Shown in pieces: positions 37,716-47,560 of a DNA stretch of 64,000 nucleotides. The notes under the pieces were generated by a model that worked only from the letters and a program-made list of their open reading frames with translations, had not been told where the DNA came from and did no database searches. Made by a program: the position numbers and the translations under genes. This stretch comes from an uncultured Myxococcales bacterium. GTDB lineage: Bacteria; Myxococcota_A; Bradymonadia; REDH01. How positions within the stretch are numbered: the first letter of the stretch is position 1; each line of letters opens with the position of its first letter. Where the stretch lies: assembly GCA_965367675.1 (NCBI GenBank), contig CBDUJZ010000010.1, positions 175 through 64,174 on the forward strand, read 5' to 3'.

Positions 37716-39656
37716 ATGATGACGCCGTTGCCTCGTCGCCCTCGGAAACCGAACATGGAAGCGTATCCCGGTCAGACCCGCATGTACGTCGTCGTTGGCG
37801 CGCTGCTCGGCATTGTCGTCGGCGTGTTCATGCAGAGCTTTCTGATGGACGACCGGAGCGCGCTGCGCCTGGTTTGGCTTGGGATTTTCTTCTCGTTTGG
37901 TGCGTTGCTCGGCAAGCTGCTGGTGGTGGCCCAGGCGCCTGCGTCGCCCGCCGCGAAGCCGCAGCCGGACCCCAACGAGCCGCCGGACGACCCGGAAGTG
38001 AGCGCCACGCGGTTCTTCAAGCTGCAGTCCGGCGTGTTCTCGGACGAGGAGTTCCGTCGCCTGCGCGTCCGCTCGGTCATCATGCCGATGTCGCCGCCGG
38101 ACTCTGAGCTTGAGCTGCAGGTACGCGACTACGACCACTACGCGCGCGTGCCCGTGTTAGAAGGCGTCCTGGAGCGGCTCACGGCCCGCGAGGTGCAGGA
38201 GCGCGTGCGCACAGAGGCGGACGCGCGTGCGCCCAAGGTGCCGGGAACATTGGACTTACAGCTGGTGTCGTTCCACTCCGAGGGGCCCCTCGCGCCGGAC
38301 GGCCGCAGCCCACTGGGTTGGAGCTTCTACTACGTGGACGGCGCCGCCGGACTCGGCTGCCTGGCCACCACGACGGACCGTGAGATCGCGCTGCATTTTC
38401 ATACGGCGGCCACGTACTCGCGCCCGGACGCATGGGACTGGGTCGACCTAGAGGATGTGCTCAAGTGGGCCGAGACCGCGCTGCCGGAGTGGGTCGACGA
38501 AGATGTGCGCATCCGCGTGAACCTGCCGGATGACTACCTCTGCTTCGTGAGCAACCCGCTGCGTGTGGCGGACATCGACATCGTGCAGCAGTGCGTGGTC
38601 AACGACGGCTACCTGTCGGAGTCGCACGAGCAAGAGGAGACGGAGCGCTTCGTGCTGTCGGACCTGATCGCGTGGTTCCGCGCGGGGGACTACGAGCCCG
38701 AGTCCGACTTCGCCGCGGCGATCGCGCAGCAGGAGTTCGCCGACGGGCTGCGCACGCTTCAGCCGCTGGCGATCGGCCGCGCTGCGACCGCGCTGGAGCG
38801 GGGTCTGGGGCCGGCGATCGTGCCCGCGCTCGTGGCTGCGCTCGAGGAGTGCTCCGCGCCGGAAGAGCAGCTTGAGCTGCTGCATATCCTCAGCCGTGTG
38901 CCCACGGGCTTGGCCGAGGTGGCGCTCCACCGGTTGTCGGTAGACGCGAACCTGGGCGACGTCTCGCGCGTGGCCAGCGAGCTGCACCAGGCCTGGCGCA
39001 ATGGCGAGATCGACGTGCCGCGGCACCCGCTCGACTCGCTGTCGTTCCTCGATGTGCGCCAGCGCATGGGCCGCGGCCAGCTGGCGGTCGTGCCGCTGAT
39101 TCCCACGTACGACCCCGAGTCCGACCTGCTGCCGGTGCTCAGCAAGATGGGGTTCCGGGAGTCGCGCCGACGGCTGCTGTCCGGCTCCGCCAACCTGTTG
39201 GTCGGCGCGCGGCTCCGGGCGACCAAGTCCCACACCGAGATGCTGGTCACGTCGACGCCGCTGCCCGTGCCGTGCCACATCCTGCACGTGGTGGGCGAGC
39301 GCGCGGTCAAGGTCTCCGAGCGCGTGCTGCGTAGCCCCATCGCGTATCCCCAAGCCAAGATCCTCGCCGACGCCACGTCGCGGCGCCCCGCGCTGGTGCA
39401 CCCGGCGGCGCTGTACATCGCCGCGCTGCGCATCGATGACCCCAGCCTGACCGCGCCGCTCATCGAGACCGCCGGCCGGACCAAGCAGCACGGCACACTG
39501 CAGCGCGCCATCATCGGGGCGCTGTCGGTGCAGTCGGACCCCGCCGCCCAAACCTATATCGAGGCCATCGCGAGCGACCCCGAGCATGAAGACGCCACCG
39601 TGGCTCGTGCGGCCCTCCGGAGTCCCGCCGTCACCGGCAGCGCCCCGAGCGTCTAG
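37716..39656 (+). CDS. Membrane-anchored hypothetical protein with alpha-helical repeat C-terminus
   Basis: N-terminal TM helices, a middle globular region, and C-terminal HEAT/ARM-like helical repeats. No catalytic motif. Confidence 0.4.
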   Translation: MMTPLPRRPRKPNMEAYPGQTRMYVVVGALLGIVVGVFMQSFLMDDRSALRLVWLGIFFSFGALLGKLLVVAQAPASPAAKPQPDPNEPPDDPEVSATRFFKLQSGVFSDEEFRRLRVRSVIMPMSPPDSELELQVRDYDHYARVPVLEGVLERLTAREVQERVRTEADARAPKVPGTLDLQLVSFHSEGPLAPDGRSPLGWSFYYVDGAAGLGCLATTTDREIALHFHTAATYSRPDAWDWVDLEDVLKWAETALPEWVDEDVRIRVNLPDDYLCFVSNPLRVADIDIVQQCVVNDGYLSESHEQEETERFVLSDLIAWFRAGDYEPESDFAAAIAQQEFADGLRTLQPLAIGRAATALERGLGPAIVPALVAALEECSAPEEQLELLHILSRVPTGLAEVALHRLSVDANLGDVSRVASELHQAWRNGEIDVPRHPLDSLSFLDVRQRMGRGQLAVVPLIPTYDPESDLLPVLSKMGFRESRRRLLSGSANLLVGARLRATKSHTEMLVTSTPLPVPCHILHVVGERAVKVSERVLRSPIAYPQAKILADATSRRPALVHPAALYIAALRIDDPSLTAPLIETAGRTKQHGTLQRAIIGALSVQSDPAAQTYIEAIASDPEHEDATVARAALRSPAVTGSAPSV

Positions 39657-39779
39657 CGTCGCGTCTAGCGGCCTGTCGCGCCCGTGTGCGCGCGGGGGAG
39701 TTCAAGGCGTCCAAAAGGGCGTCTGGAGACCCACATTTGGGGGTGCCGTGCCACGCCGTGCGCGCACCGTGCCGACGCT

Positions 39780-39990
39780 GTCACACGGCCGTCATCACCC
39801 TGTGGAAAGGTCCCGACGATCCTTGCGAGGATCTTCGTGCGAGATGTGCAGAAACGTTAGGAAAGTACGCCTCAAGAGTTTTCCACAGGCACTTTCCACA
39901 GGCTTCGCCAAAAAGCTCAAAGTTGTTTAAAATCAGCAGCTTGGCGAGTTGCTGAACATGTGTATAACCATGGGATAAAGGTTGAAGTCC
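39780..39990. promoter_or_regulatory. Candidate oriC core / dnaA promoter region with DnaA-box-like 9-mers and an AT-rich tract
   Basis: TGTGGAAAG at ~39800; the direct repeat ttttccacaggcactttccacaggc at ~39879–39903; a TTATCCCAT-like box on the complement at ~39970; and the AT-rich stretch aaaaagctcaaagttgtttaaaatcag. All lie in the 540 bp gap upstream of dnaA. Confidence 0.45.
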
Positions 39991-40198
39991 CCAGGGCCGC
40001 AGTGCTACTCCTTTGTTCACGCCAAACGCGGTGCTTTTCGTAACGCGGCCTGCCTCGACGCAGCGCCGCTCAACGGGCGCGAGACCGACGAATCCGAACC
40101 CGGAGACCGTTGAATGCTCGCTGGCTGCACCCCTGTCTCTGGCGACTCGATTTCTACCCTCAGCTGACGCGACGATGCGTCAGATGCGCCCCTGATCG

Positions 40199-41821
40199 AT
40201 GCAGCAATTCTGGAACGCAACACGCCGCGAGTTGAAACGACAGCTCGGTGACGCACTCTTCGAGACCCACTTTGATGGGTTCGCCGCAATCGCGATGGAC
40301 GAGAACTCCATCACGATCGCGACGCACGATGAGATGGCGGCGATTCTTGTGGACAAGAACTACCGTGAGTTGGTGCAGCGCTGCGCGGAGATCGCGAACG
40401 GTCGCCCGATCGAAGTGTGCGTGAGCAGCACGCCGCTGGCCGAGGCGCCTGCGCATGTGCCGGTGCCGGAAGTGCAGCCGCAGCTCTCGCTGTTCGATGC
40501 GTTGTTCGCGGCGCCCGAAGCGCCGGCGCAGCAGTCGATGTTCGGTGATATGGCGCCCGCCGCGTCGCCCGCGCCTGTGTTTGGTGACGCGCCCGCCGCG
40601 CACCCTCACGCCGCCCACGCCGCTCACGCGCAGCCCGCCGCCGCACCCGCTCACCCACAGTCTGTCGCGGCAACACGCCCCGCCGTTCCGGCCCCCTCCG
40701 CGGCCCGCGCGCCCAAGGGGTTCTCGCCGCCGCGATCGATGACCAGCGCGTCGACGCCGCTGCCCCGCCGACCGGCCGTGGACCTGGACACCGCCATCTA
40801 CGAGTGCGGCCTCAACCCCAAGTTCCACCTCAACAGCTTCGTGGTCGGCACGGCCAACGAGTTCGCCTACGAGGCTGCCCGCGCGGTCATCGACCAGCCC
40901 GGCTCCCTGTACAACCCGCTGTTCCTGTACGGCGGCGTGGGCCTCGGCAAGACCCACCTCATGAACGCCATCGGGCTCGGCATCCTCGCCAACGACCCGT
41001 CCAAGCGCGTGCGGTACATCAGCGCCGAGACGTTCGCGAACGAGCTCATCGAGTCCATCGGCGCCAAGCGCATGGACGAGTTCCGTCAGCGCAGCCGCAT
41101 CGACCTCGACGTGCTGCTCATCGACGACATCCAGTTCATCGCCGGCAAGGAGCGGACGCAGGAGGAGTTCTTCCACACCTTCAACGCGCTGTACCAGTCC
41201 GGGCGCCAGATCGTGTTGACCTCCGACCGCATCCCGCAAGAGATGCCCGAGCTCGAGGAGCGGCTCATGTCGCGCCTGAACATGGGCCTCATCGCCGACG
41301 TGCAGCCGCCGGACCTGGAGACGCGTATCGCGATGCTCCGCAACAAGTCCGTCGAGCTGGGCTACGAAGTCCCCGGCGCGGTGCTGGAGTACATCGCGCA
41401 GCAGGTGCGTTCCAACGTGCGCGAGCTGCACGGCGCGTTGCTTCGCATTGGTGGTTTCGCCCGCATGTTGCGTGAGCCCATCTCGCTCTCGCTGGCGCAA
41501 ACCCAGCTGGAGCGCGTGCACCGCGACCGCACCGCGAGCGTCAGCCCCGAGCTCATCCTCAAGATGACGGCCGAGACATTCGGCGTCAGCGTCAAGGAGC
41601 TCAAGGGCAAGAAGCGGGCGCGCACGATCAGCACGCCGCGCAAGGTCGCCATGTTCCTCGCGCGCAGTCATACCGGCGCGTCGTACCCCGAACTCGGCAC
41701 CGTATTTGGCGGGCGAGATCACACGACCGTGATGTCTGCAGTTCGCAGCGTCGAACAATTGCTTGCCAAGGGCGATCCCATCCGTCACAGGATTGAAGCA
41801 ATTGAGCGTCGGCTGTCATAG
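40199..41821 (+). CDS. dnaA: Chromosomal replication initiator DnaA
   Basis: Domain I N-terminus, Pro/Ala-rich linker, AAA+ Walker A GGVGLGKTHL, DDIQF, and C-terminal DnaA-box-binding HTH (KVAMFLARSHT…). Confidence 0.95.
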   Translation: MQQFWNATRRELKRQLGDALFETHFDGFAAIAMDENSITIATHDEMAAILVDKNYRELVQRCAEIANGRPIEVCVSSTPLAEAPAHVPVPEVQPQLSLFDALFAAPEAPAQQSMFGDMAPAASPAPVFGDAPAAHPHAAHAAHAQPAAAPAHPQSVAATRPAVPAPSAARAPKGFSPPRSMTSASTPLPRRPAVDLDTAIYECGLNPKFHLNSFVVGTANEFAYEAARAVIDQPGSLYNPLFLYGGVGLGKTHLMNAIGLGILANDPSKRVRYISAETFANELIESIGAKRMDEFRQRSRIDLDVLLIDDIQFIAGKERTQEEFFHTFNALYQSGRQIVLTSDRIPQEMPELEERLMSRLNMGLIADVQPPDLETRIAMLRNKSVELGYEVPGAVLEYIAQQVRSNVRELHGALLRIGGFARMLREPISLSLAQTQLERVHRDRTASVSPELILKMTAETFGVSVKELKGKKRARTISTPRKVAMFLARSHTGASYPELGTVFGGRDHTTVMSAVRSVEQLLAKGDPIRHRIEAIERRLS

Positions 41822-41831
41822 TCGGCGCCCC

Positions 41832-41847
41832 GGGCGATATCGCCCGC
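41832..41847 (+). terminator. Perfect 16-bp palindrome/hairpin downstream of the dnaA stop
   Basis: cgggcgatatcgcccg begins 10 nt after the dnaA stop codon. No U-tract follows it, so it is not a canonical intrinsic terminator. Confidence 0.25.
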
Positions 41848-41915
41848 TTGACAGCCAGTTGTTCTGGCCTCAAACAGCCCTTCGCCGCGTGTGCCTGTCC
41901 GCCACGTGAGCGTGG

Positions 41916-42872
41916 GTGTTTACTCCGCAACCGAACGGAATGCTGACGTACGATCTACTCGCGAGTCTGCCGCGTGCTGAGCGGGGACTGGGTGCGCATC
42001 GATGGGGCATGGCGCCGACCACGGCCCGTGTGCTCGCGGCCATGTTGCTGGAGCCCGAGAACGCCGCGCGCGTGATTCGCCGCGGTATCGACGCCGGCGC
42101 GCCGCAGCTTTGTCGCTTGCTCGTGGAGCATGGCGGCGCTGCGGTCCCGCGCACGGACGCGCTCGCGATCGAGGCCGGCCGTCTCCTCGGGTGGTTTCCG
42201 CTCATCGAAGACGCCGCCGGTTGGTGTGTCCCCCGCGATTTTGCCGCCGCCGCAGCGCCCTGCGTCGACCGCGAGCGGTTCTTTACCGCGACCCTCATTC
42301 CGCGCTTGGAGACCGACGACCTGGTCGGCCTGTTCGATGAGCTCGGCCTCGCGACCGAGGGCACGCACGGCTACAAGCTCCGCGCAGCGGTGGAGCGCGT
42401 GGCGACGGCGGCCAAGGACCCGGCGTGCAGCACCGCCGCCGCCAACGTCCGCGACCTGCAATCCATCCGCTCGTCCGATATCGCGAGCGTGTCGTCCATC
42501 CCGAACACCGGCGGCCTGCAATTCCGCGTGGTGCTCGCCGATGGCGAAGAGGTCGACATCTGCCCGCGCGAGCAGGCGGAACTCCACGGCCAACAGTTCG
42601 CTGAGGTGCGCGTCGAGAAGGTCGCGAGCGTAGGGATCGAGCGCGAGATGCCGGCTGTCCGCGTGCCCGCGGTGCAGGAGATCGGCGCCCTCGTGACGTT
42701 CGCCACCTCGCGCGCGGCCGACGAATGCGCCGCCCACCCTGACTTCAGAAACCTGGTCGCCCGCCGCATCGATGATGTGACGCTGGCCACCCGCTCGTCC
42801 TGCAGCGCGGAGCACGCACGCACGCTGCTGCTGGGCCTCGGGTTCCACATCGACGAGGTAGCGCTACAATGA
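41916..42872 (+). CDS. Hypothetical protein
   Basis: Coding-like codon bias. No recognisable motif. ATGA-coupled to the next gene. Confidence 0.4.
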   Translation: MFTPQPNGMLTYDLLASLPRAERGLGAHRWGMAPTTARVLAAMLLEPENAARVIRRGIDAGAPQLCRLLVEHGGAAVPRTDALAIEAGRLLGWFPLIEDAAGWCVPRDFAAAAAPCVDRERFFTATLIPRLETDDLVGLFDELGLATEGTHGYKLRAAVERVATAAKDPACSTAAANVRDLQSIRSSDIASVSSIPNTGGLQFRVVLADGEEVDICPREQAELHGQQFAEVRVEKVASVGIEREMPAVRVPAVQEIGALVTFATSRAADECAAHPDFRNLVARRIDDVTLATRSSCSAEHARTLLLGLGFHIDEVALQ

Positions 42873-44110
42873 TTCGCGCCGAAGAACTGATGCGCGACCT
42901 GCCCTCGGGCGCGTTGCGTGACCTGGCCATCGCGTGGTCCACGGCCGCGTCGCCGATGGCCATCGCCTCGGCCATGCGCGGCCCCAAGACCGCCGAGCGC
43001 GTGCTCGCCGTGTGCGTCACGCCCGTGATGCGCGAGGACCTGCTGCTGCTGTGCGCGAACCCGTTTGACCCGGTCGCGCACGACGAGGTGGTCGAGGCCG
43101 CGCCGCTGCAGCGCCTGGCCGTGCTGCACGAGCGCGAGGACGGCCAGCTGCACGTGAACGCGGACATCGCGCTGAGCGTGTTGCGCGAGCTGCCTCTGGA
43201 GTTCGGTTTCGCGGCCACGTTGCTCGCGCGCCTGCCCGAGAGCGCCCGCATCGCCGTCGGTCGCGCGGTCGAGGTCGGTCCGCGCCCCAACCACGTCGAC
43301 TCCGTGCTCGATATTGCCGCCTCGATCGCCGACCCGGACGCGCTCATGCGCCGCGTGGCGCGCCTGACGAATAGCGACCGCGAGGTGCTGCGTCTCGCGC
43401 TTGAGCAGGGCGAGCTTCCCGACGATTTGGACGCGCTGTCGCCCAACGCGCCGCCGCCGCTGGTGGAGCTGGAGCCCGGTGCCGCCGGAGACGCGGGCTT
43501 GGTGTTCCGCTACACGCACCTGGCCTCGGGCGTCGAGCAGCGCCCGGTCGTTCCGCTCGAGCTGCTCGAGGTGCTGCCGCGGATTTTGGAGCAGGTGCCC
43601 CCGCCGCCGGACCCGGTCGCCGCGAAAGCCCGCCGCCGCGCCACCGGCCAGCGCCGCGCACCCGCCAAGAAGCGCGACACCGTGGAGATGGAACAGTCCG
43701 GGCAGTCGCGCGCCACGTCGGCGTCCTCCTCGGGCAAGATCCCTAACGACACGCTCCACCGCCGCCCGTTGGACCCGCGAGAGGCCAGCGCCTCGGCGTC
43801 TGGAATCCACTCGCTAGACCCCATCGCGCAGAGCGGCTCGATGAGCGTGTTCCGCGACCCGCGCTCCAGCGTCAGCGCCATGACCGCCAGCGGCGCCATG
43901 ACCCCCTACCGGCTCGGCCGCGTGAAGGTCATCCGCGGCGCGTCCGCCATCGTGGACCTCGAGACGGCCAAGGTCGCCGACGCCGCGATGCGAGACACGG
44001 CGCTGGCGGGCGACGTGCTCGAGATCGCCTCGGAGTCGCTCGTGGTGCTGCGCCCCGGCGTAGACGCGCGCGCGTGGGCCGAGCTCTGCGCCCTGCGACT
44101 CGGACTTTGA
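42869..44110 (+). CDS. Hypothetical protein
   Basis: Helical, Leu/Ala-rich N-terminal half and a basic/Ser-rich C-terminal half. No recognisable motif. Confidence 0.4.
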   Translation: MIRAEELMRDLPSGALRDLAIAWSTAASPMAIASAMRGPKTAERVLAVCVTPVMREDLLLLCANPFDPVAHDEVVEAAPLQRLAVLHEREDGQLHVNADIALSVLRELPLEFGFAATLLARLPESARIAVGRAVEVGPRPNHVDSVLDIAASIADPDALMRRVARLTNSDREVLRLALEQGELPDDLDALSPNAPPPLVELEPGAAGDAGLVFRYTHLASGVEQRPVVPLELLEVLPRILEQVPPPPDPVAAKARRRATGQRRAPAKKRDTVEMEQSGQSRATSASSSGKIPNDTLHRRPLDPREASASASGIHSLDPIAQSGSMSVFRDPRSSVSAMTASGAMTPYRLGRVKVIRGASAIVDLETAKVADAAMRDTALAGDVLEIASESLVVLRPGVDARAWAELCALRLGL

Positions 44111-44422
44111 TGCCACTGCCCCACCTGCGCGCGGCCCAATGCGCCGCGCGGTCCCAGGTGACGTCGGTTGCGCTTGACATCGTCGCGCCGCAAGGGATAT
44201 CCGAGGTGCGCCGGTGCGGCAGGTGGGCTCCCCTTTGGGCGAGCCCTCGCGCTCCCGGCAAGATGGACCGCGACTTCCTCGCCGGCTCCTCGCTTTGAAT
44301 CGCACGCTGCGACCTCAGCGCTTCGCTGATCGCTCCCCGACAACGCAGCCCCGCAGAACGACTCGGTCGCTCATAGGACGCGCGTTACTTTTCCGACTCC
44401 GAGGTACGAGGGACCGAAACGG

Positions 44423-47400
44423 ATGACGGTTACCGACTTCCGATCGCTCCAGGCCACATTCGTTCCACGACCCGATTATCCGGGCCAAGGGCGTTTGTAC
44501 TTCTGGTGCATGCCACCCAGACGCGTCGACTACACCCGCAAAGCGCTTGGCGCGCTCGGCGTGCTTCGACGTGGAAAGAGCCCGCCAACCGGCAAGCTCG
44601 AGCTCGCCATCCCCACCCCCACGCGTAACACCGAGGAGGACTGGGAACTCGCCGAGCTCGTCGGCGTCCGGCTGCCCCTCATCGAGACCGTCCGCGGCCT
44701 CGTGCGCCTCGACGTGGACGACGCCCGGCAGCGCCGCGTGAGCGACAGCGTCTACGTGTGGACACTGGCTGCCAAGCTCGCCGTCGAGCTCGTCGCACGC
44801 GGTCACTTTGTGCCGCTCATCGACACCACCGAGGACGGCAAACCCTACGCCCGCTGGGCCACTGCGGCCATGAGCGCCGAGACCCGCGAGCGCATCGCCG
44901 AGCTTGAGAAGGCCATGCCGCTCGCCGGCCACGCGCTGGTGCTGCAAGACGGCCAAGAGCACGAGGTCGCGACCGAGCGAAAGAACCGCCACCGCAAGAA
45001 GCGGCGCACGGTCACGCCCGACTCCACCGTCTATAAGCCCTCCGTCCTCATCCGCGCGTTCCTGGACGCCGTCGTCGACGCCATGTGCCGCGAGGCCATG
45101 CCGTCCACGTCCAAAGACCGCCCGCGCAAGGACAACCGCGAGCTCGCGCCGTGGGAGCTCCGCTGGCGCTATGCGCTGACCGCGGCCGACCCCAGTTTCG
45201 AGTCCGCCGGCCTCATCGAGCAGCCGCTCGCCGACGAGCTCGACCGATGGGCCGCGCCCGTCAGCCCCAAGGCCCAGACCGGCACCGCGTTCGTGGTGTC
45301 GTACCAGCTTGAGCGACCCGGCCAGGCCCCCGAGACCGCCGAATATCCGGACGCGTGGTACCTGCGCTACATGCTGCAGGCCAACGACGACCCGACCGTG
45401 CTCATCGCCGCCCAGGACGTCTGGGACGCCGGCGGTCGCACGCTCACGGTCGGCGGCCGGACGTTCGTGCACGGCAACGAAGCGCTCCTGGAGTCGCTCG
45501 CCGAGATCGCGAACTTCTTCGGCCCCTGCGCGCGCTCGCTGTACCAGACCAAGCCGGTCGGCACCCCGCTGACCACCGAGGAGGCGTGGGACTTTATCTC
45601 TCGCGTCGGCCCGGTGCTGTTCCAGTTCGGCCTCGGCGTTCGCGTCCCTGGCGAGCTTCGCCAAGATGGGCAACAGCGCCTGCGCTTGCGCCTGCACGTC
45701 GGCTCGGACGACCGCGATATCGCCGCCGCGCCCTCCAAAGTGGGCCTCGCCGCGCTCACCCAGTTCCGCTGGCAAGTGGCGCTCGGCGAGCACGACCTCA
45801 CGCCGGAAGAGTTCGGCGAGATCGCCGCGATGCAGCAACCGCTCATCCAATGGCGTGGCCAGTGGATGGCCGTCGACCCGGTCGCCATGAACGAGATGGA
45901 GCGCCTGTTCGAGGGCGCCGACTCGACCGGCACCATCGACCGTCCCTCCGCGCTGTCAGCCGCTCTCGCGGGCAATATGCAGAGCGAAGGCGGCGAGATC
46001 GAGGTCGTCCCCGAAGGCGAAATCGAGCGCATGGTCCACGCGCTGCTGAACCGCGACGACGTCGACGTGTTCTCCACGCCAGACACCTTCGTCGGCGAAC
46101 TGCGCCCCTACCAAGCCCGCGGATTTACTTGGCTTTCGACCATGTCGAAGCTCGAGTTCGGCTGCTGCTTGGCAGACGATATGGGCCTCGGAAAGACCAT
46201 CCAGGTGATCGCCCAGTTCCTGCAGGAGCAGAAGCAAGGCACGTGGGGCAAAGAGCCTGCGCTGCTCGTCTGCCCCACCTCCGTGCTCGGAAACTGGGAG
46301 CGCGAGCTGCACAAGTTCGCCCCCTCGCTCAAGGTCGTCCGACACCACGGCCGAAACCGCGCCAGCAACAAGAAAGAGCTCAAGAAGCTCGGCGGCAAAG
46401 AGACCGTCGTGCTCACCACATACGTCATCGCGCGTATGGACCAAGAGCTGCTGTCGTCCAAGCGCTGGGCCTACCTAGTGCTCGACGAAGCGCAGAACAT
46501 TAAGAACCCGCGCGCGCAGCAGGCACGGGCCATCCGCAGCATTCCGGCCGACCGCCGCTTTGCGCTCACCGGTACGCCGGTCGAGAACCGCCTCACCGAG
46601 CTCTGGTCCATCCTCGAGTTCTGTAACCCGGGCATGCTCGGGCCGCTCGGCACGTTCCAGCGCCGGTTCGCCCTGCCCATCGAGCGTTTCGGCGACAGCC
46701 GCGCCCGCGCGACCCTGCGCCGCCTCGTGAGCCCGTTCCTGATGCGTCGCGTCAAGACCGACCCGAACGTGATTCAGGACCTGCCGGACAAGCAGGAGTA
46801 CAAGGTGTACTGCTCGCTCACCCGCGAACAGGCGTCGCTCTACCAAGCGACGGTCGACGCCGAGATGGACAAGATCGAGAAGTCCGACGGCGTGCAGCGT
46901 CGCGGCAACATTCTCGCGCTGCTCACCCGCCTCAAGCAGGTCTGCAACCATCCGCGACACCTGCTCAAGGACGAGTCCAAGCTCGTCGGCCGCTCCGGAA
47001 AGCTCACCCGCGTGGTCGAGATGATGGAAGAGGTCATCGCCGAGGGCGACCACGCTCTGGTGTTCACGCAGTACAAGGAGATGGGCGACCTGCTCGTGGA
47101 ACACTTCAACGAAGCGTTCGGCATCGAGACCCCGTTCATCCACGGCGGCGTGCCCATCGGCAAACGCGAGAAGATCGTCGACAACTTCCAGAACGATCGC
47201 GACGCGTCGCCCATCCTGCTCCTGTCGATCAAGGCCGGCGGTACAGGCCTCAACCTGACCCGCGCCACGCACGTGTTCCACTTCGACCGCTGGTGGAACC
47301 CGGCCGTCGAGGACCAGGCGACCGACCGCGCGTTCCGCGTGGGACAGACCCGAAACGTGCTCGTGCACAAGATGATCTGCTCGGGAACTGTCGAGGACAA

Positions 47401-47560
47401 GATCGACGAGATTCTCGAATCAAAACGAGGGCTTGCAGACGCGATCGTCGGCACGGGAGAGGGCTGGATCACCGAACTGGGTGACACAGAACTCCGAGAG
47501 CTCTTCTCGCTCGGAACCGCAGCCGCGGTGTACGATGACGACACGGAGGCAGCCCAATGA
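44423..47560 (+). CDS. SNF2-family DEAD/H-box helicase with ~520 aa N-terminal extension
   Basis: Motif I LADDMGLGKT, motif II DEAQNIKN, helicase-C motifs (GGTGLNLTRATHVFHFDRWWNPAVEDQATDRAFRVGQ). Confidence 0.85.
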   Translation: MTVTDFRSLQATFVPRPDYPGQGRLYFWCMPPRRVDYTRKALGALGVLRRGKSPPTGKLELAIPTPTRNTEEDWELAELVGVRLPLIETVRGLVRLDVDDARQRRVSDSVYVWTLAAKLAVELVARGHFVPLIDTTEDGKPYARWATAAMSAETRERIAELEKAMPLAGHALVLQDGQEHEVATERKNRHRKKRRTVTPDSTVYKPSVLIRAFLDAVVDAMCREAMPSTSKDRPRKDNRELAPWELRWRYALTAADPSFESAGLIEQPLADELDRWAAPVSPKAQTGTAFVVSYQLERPGQAPETAEYPDAWYLRYMLQANDDPTVLIAAQDVWDAGGRTLTVGGRTFVHGNEALLESLAEIANFFGPCARSLYQTKPVGTPLTTEEAWDFISRVGPVLFQFGLGVRVPGELRQDGQQRLRLRLHVGSDDRDIAAAPSKVGLAALTQFRWQVALGEHDLTPEEFGEIAAMQQPLIQWRGQWMAVDPVAMNEMERLFEGADSTGTIDRPSALSAALAGNMQSEGGEIEVVPEGEIERMVHALLNRDDVDVFSTPDTFVGELRPYQARGFTWLSTMSKLEFGCCLADDMGLGKTIQVIAQFLQEQKQGTWGKEPALLVCPTSVLGNWERELHKFAPSLKVVRHHGRNRASNKKELKKLGGKETVVLTTYVIARMDQELLSSKRWAYLVLDEAQNIKNPRAQQARAIRSIPADRRFALTGTPVENRLTELWSILEFCNPGMLGPLGTFQRRFALPIERFGDSRARATLRRLVSPFLMRRVKTDPNVIQDLPDKQEYKVYCSLTREQASLYQATVDAEMDKIEKSDGVQRRGNILALLTRLKQVCNHPRHLLKDESKLVGRSGKLTRVVEMMEEVIAEGDHALVFTQYKEMGDLLVEHFNEAFGIETPFIHGGVPIGKREKIVDNFQNDRDASPILLLSIKAGGTGLNLTRATHVFHFDRWWNPAVEDQATDRAFRVGQTRNVLVHKMICSGTVEDKIDEILESKRGLADAIVGTGEGWITELGDTELRELFSLGTAAAVYDDDTEAAQ

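Noticed and set aside
40160-41788. 542-aa minus-strand ORF antisense to dnaA
   Set aside because: dnaA on the plus strand is unambiguous.
41916-44110. Calling the post-dnaA genes as dnaN
   Set aside because: Neither protein shows the length (~370 aa) and beta-clamp three-domain repeat pattern. Their composition (Ala/Leu/Arg-rich helical) is unlike DnaN.
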